Source: Octopus bimaculoides | Lineage: Eukaryota | Assembly: GCF_001194135.2 (NCBI RefSeq) | Contig: NC_068986.1 | Coordinates: forward strand, 61,908,772 to 61,972,771 | Reading direction: 5' to 3' | Length of the DNA: 64,000 bases | In this document: one piece after another, positions 61,251 to 64,000 of the stretch | Layout of the letters: the number at the start of each line of letters is the position of its first letter | How positions within the stretch are numbered: the first letter of the stretch is position 1 | The notes under the pieces: model-generated | Database searches by the model: none | Told to the model about the DNA's origin: nothing | Seen by the model: only the letters and a program-made list of their open reading frames with translations | Translations under genes and position numbers: made by a program

Positions 61251-62184
61251 TCTTCTTGTTTCTCCACCTGCTCTTCCAATCTGCCTTACTATGTTAAGCT
61301 GAAAAAAACCTCAACTACAAAAATAGGCAAATATTCAAACTTATAAAAAAAATTTAGGAGTGTTGTTGCTTGCTGTAGATATTAGTTGCAGCAGATTTTC
61401 AACAACTAGATGCTTTATCTGTTGCCAACCTTCTTTACCTGTTTCTAAGCAATGTACCAGACATGGCGAGACATGTTTTTCATAATAGTGATGCTTGTTT
61501 ACAATCATCAAATGATATCAAGACAGGGGTATCCCCCACTCCACGCGACAGGCTTCTTTTAGTTTCTGGTCTACTCACAAGGCTATATATATATATATAT
61601 ATATATATNNNNNNNNNNNNNNNNNNNNNNNNNNNNNNNNNNNNNNNNNNNNNNNNNNNNNNNNNNNNNNNNNNNNNNNNNNNNNNNNNNNNNNNNNNNN
61701 NNNNNNNNNNNNNNNNNNNNNNNNNNNNNNNNNNNNNNNNNNNNNNNNNNNNNNNNNNNNNNNNNNNNNNNNNNNNNNNNNNNNNNNNNNNNNNNNNNNN
61801 NNNNNNNNNNNNNNNNNNNNNNNNNNNNNNNNNNNNNNNNNNNNNNNNNNNNNNNNNNNNNNNNNNNNNNNNNNNNNNNNNNNNNNNNNNNNNNNNNNNN
61901 NNNNNNNNNNNNNNNNNNNNNNNNNNNNNNNNNNNNNNNNNNNNNNNNNNNNNNNNNNNNNNNNNNNNNNNNNNNNNNNNNNNNNNNNNNNNNNNNNNNN
62001 NNNNNNNNNNNNNNNNNNNNNNNNNNNNNNNNNNNNNNNNNNNNNNNNNNNNNNNNNNNNNNNNNNNNNNNNNNNNNNNNNNNNNNNNNNNNNNNNNNNN
62101 NNNNNNNNNNNNNNNNNNNNNNNNNNNNNNNNNNNNNNNNNNNNNNNNNNNNNNNNNNNNNNNNNNNNNNNNNNNNNNNNNNNN

Positions 62185-62224
<40 letters not shown>

Positions 62225-62449
62225 CAGAAGGCTGTCCACACCCTCAAGCTGTAGTAAAAAGTGAACAAGAAATCAGAAATAACTCATTTTGCCCATACAA
62301 AAAAAACTTACAGAAAAAGGGGGATAATTCAGCTAACTCTGATAGTAATACTTAGTATAACCTGACTGGCTTTGAGCAACAGGGTGGTGTTATCGCATGA
62401 AACTAATAAAACCAAGAAGTTTATTTCTCTCTCTGTATGTGTATTTGTA

Positions 62450-64000
62450 TGTGTGACGGTGGTAGCAGGGAATTGTATCAGACTGCCAAGAGGGAAGCTA
62501 GGTTTATTTAGCCAGAGAGGAAGCAGATAAAAAAAAATTTGCCAATGTTCTGTGTCGTGAAGACCAAAGACTTTAGGTATTTCGTGTTGCAAGACAGTGT
62601 GTGAGAGAGAATTGTGGTGTTGTAGGTGAGAAATGTGTTTGCATGGATGATGGTACGCTTGCACTAAACGAGGCTGCAAATAGAGAAGTTTGGAGACGCC
62701 ACTATGAAAGGCTGCTTAATAAATAGAATGAATAGGAGGAAGAGAGTCTGCTGCATGTCGACCCAACATAGGGACGAGCTATCCTAATTGACAGTACCTT
62801 AGTAGATAAAGCGATCAAGAGTATGAAGACAGGGAAAGCCCCCGGCCCATCAGGAATCACTGCAGAGATGCTCAAAATATCTGGCAGTGTCGGCTATAGC
62901 CTAGTCACCCGTATTGTTAACCAGGTGATACACGAAGGAGTCATACCCAATGACTGGTGTAGCAGCACCATAGTCAACTGCTACAAATAATTACAGAAGT
63001 ATCAAGCTGTTAGATCAGGTAATGAAAGTCATGGAGAGGGTCATAGCCCAACTACTTAGGGAGTGAGTCAGTTTAGATGAGATACAGTTTATGTTCGTGC
63101 CAGGGAAAAGCACTACTGATGCTATATTTCTGGTAAGACAGCTTCAGGAGAAATACCTAGCCAAGGATAAACCTCTGTACCTGGCTTTCGTTGACATGGA
63201 GAAAGCCTTTGACAGGGTCCCCCGATCCCTCATCTGATGGTCAATGAGGAAACTAGGGATAGAAGAATGGTTTGTGAGAGCTGTGCGAGCCATGTACAGA
63301 GATGCTGTCAGTAAGGTGAGGGTTGGCATTGAATACAGTGAAGAATTCCGAGTAGAGGTAGGGGTCCACCAAGGTTCTGTCCTCAGCCCCCTCCTATTTA
63401 TCATAGTCCTCCAGGCTATAACAAAGGAATTCGAGACACAATGCCCCTGGGAGCTCCTCTATGCTGATGACCTTGCACTAATTGCTGAGTCATTATCAGA
63501 ACTAGAAAAGAAGTTTCAGGTGTGAAAGCAAGGACTAGAATCGAAGGGCCTTAGAGTCAACCTAGCTAAAACCAAAGTCCTAATAAGTAAGAAGGTAGAA
63601 AAAAAACACAAATCCCTTCAGGTAGATGGCCCTGCTTGATCTGTAGAAAAAGCGTAGGTAGAAACTCTATAAGATGCACCCAGTGCAAGCTATGGACACA
63701 TAAGAGGTGCAGCAACATCAAAGGAAGGTTAACTAGGAAGTTAGTTTTTGTATGTAGCAGATGTTCAGGAGCTATAAACCCTGTAAATGTGCAGAAAACA
63801 ACTTCTGCCACATTCCAGGGAGAAAAACTAGAAGTAGCTGATAGCTTCTGCTATCTAGGTGACCAAGTTAGTAGTGGGGGAAGGTGCGCTGAAAGTGTAG
63901 CTGCTAGAATAAGAATAGCCTGGGCAAAGTTCAGAGAGCTCTTACCTCTGCTGGTGACAAAGGGTCTCTCTCTCAGAATAAAAGACAGACTGTATGACGC
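62450..64000 (+). mobile_element. RTE LINE (PHD family), the least decayed copy; continues beyond window
   Basis: KAPGPSGITAEMLK, FVDMEKAFDRVP, GVHQGSVLSPLLF, YADDL, PHD finger, LEVADSFCYLGD. Confidence 0.93.

Overview
AT-rich, microsatellite-rich eukaryotic draft scaffold with many N gaps. The repeat content looks like a cephalopod (Octopus-type) genome; this is inference. Two host genes are supported, both on the + strand. The first is the last seven coding exons (2277-12689, 226 codons including the stop, all splice phases consistent) of a SET/TSPY/NAP-family histone chaperone. The second is the first coding exon (46388-47048) of a RASSF1/5-like C1-domain protein, whose intron 1 runs off the window. 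Most of the rest is transposon debris: about eight copies or fragments of an RTE LINE family carrying a PHD finger inside its RT, two other RTE families, a near full-length HERO-type REL-endonuclease retrotransposon, Naiad-type Penelope-like (PLE) RT and GIY-YIG pieces, a Tx1/L1 3' end, a mariner fragment, GG-terminated MITEs with 8-bp TSDs, and tRNA-derived SINEs. The most interesting signal is a set of six type I hammerhead-ribozyme motifs, most lying 50-160 nt upstream of (TA)n or TA-rich sequence. One is attached to a GIY-YIG endonuclease, one lies downstream of a tRNA-like sequence, one has an intact core, and one has a compensatory G3:C8 core swap. Other observations: a candidate recursive splice site in the long RASSF intron, a candidate antisense terminal exon, and several diagnostic rearrangements. 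All alignments and folds were done by eye.
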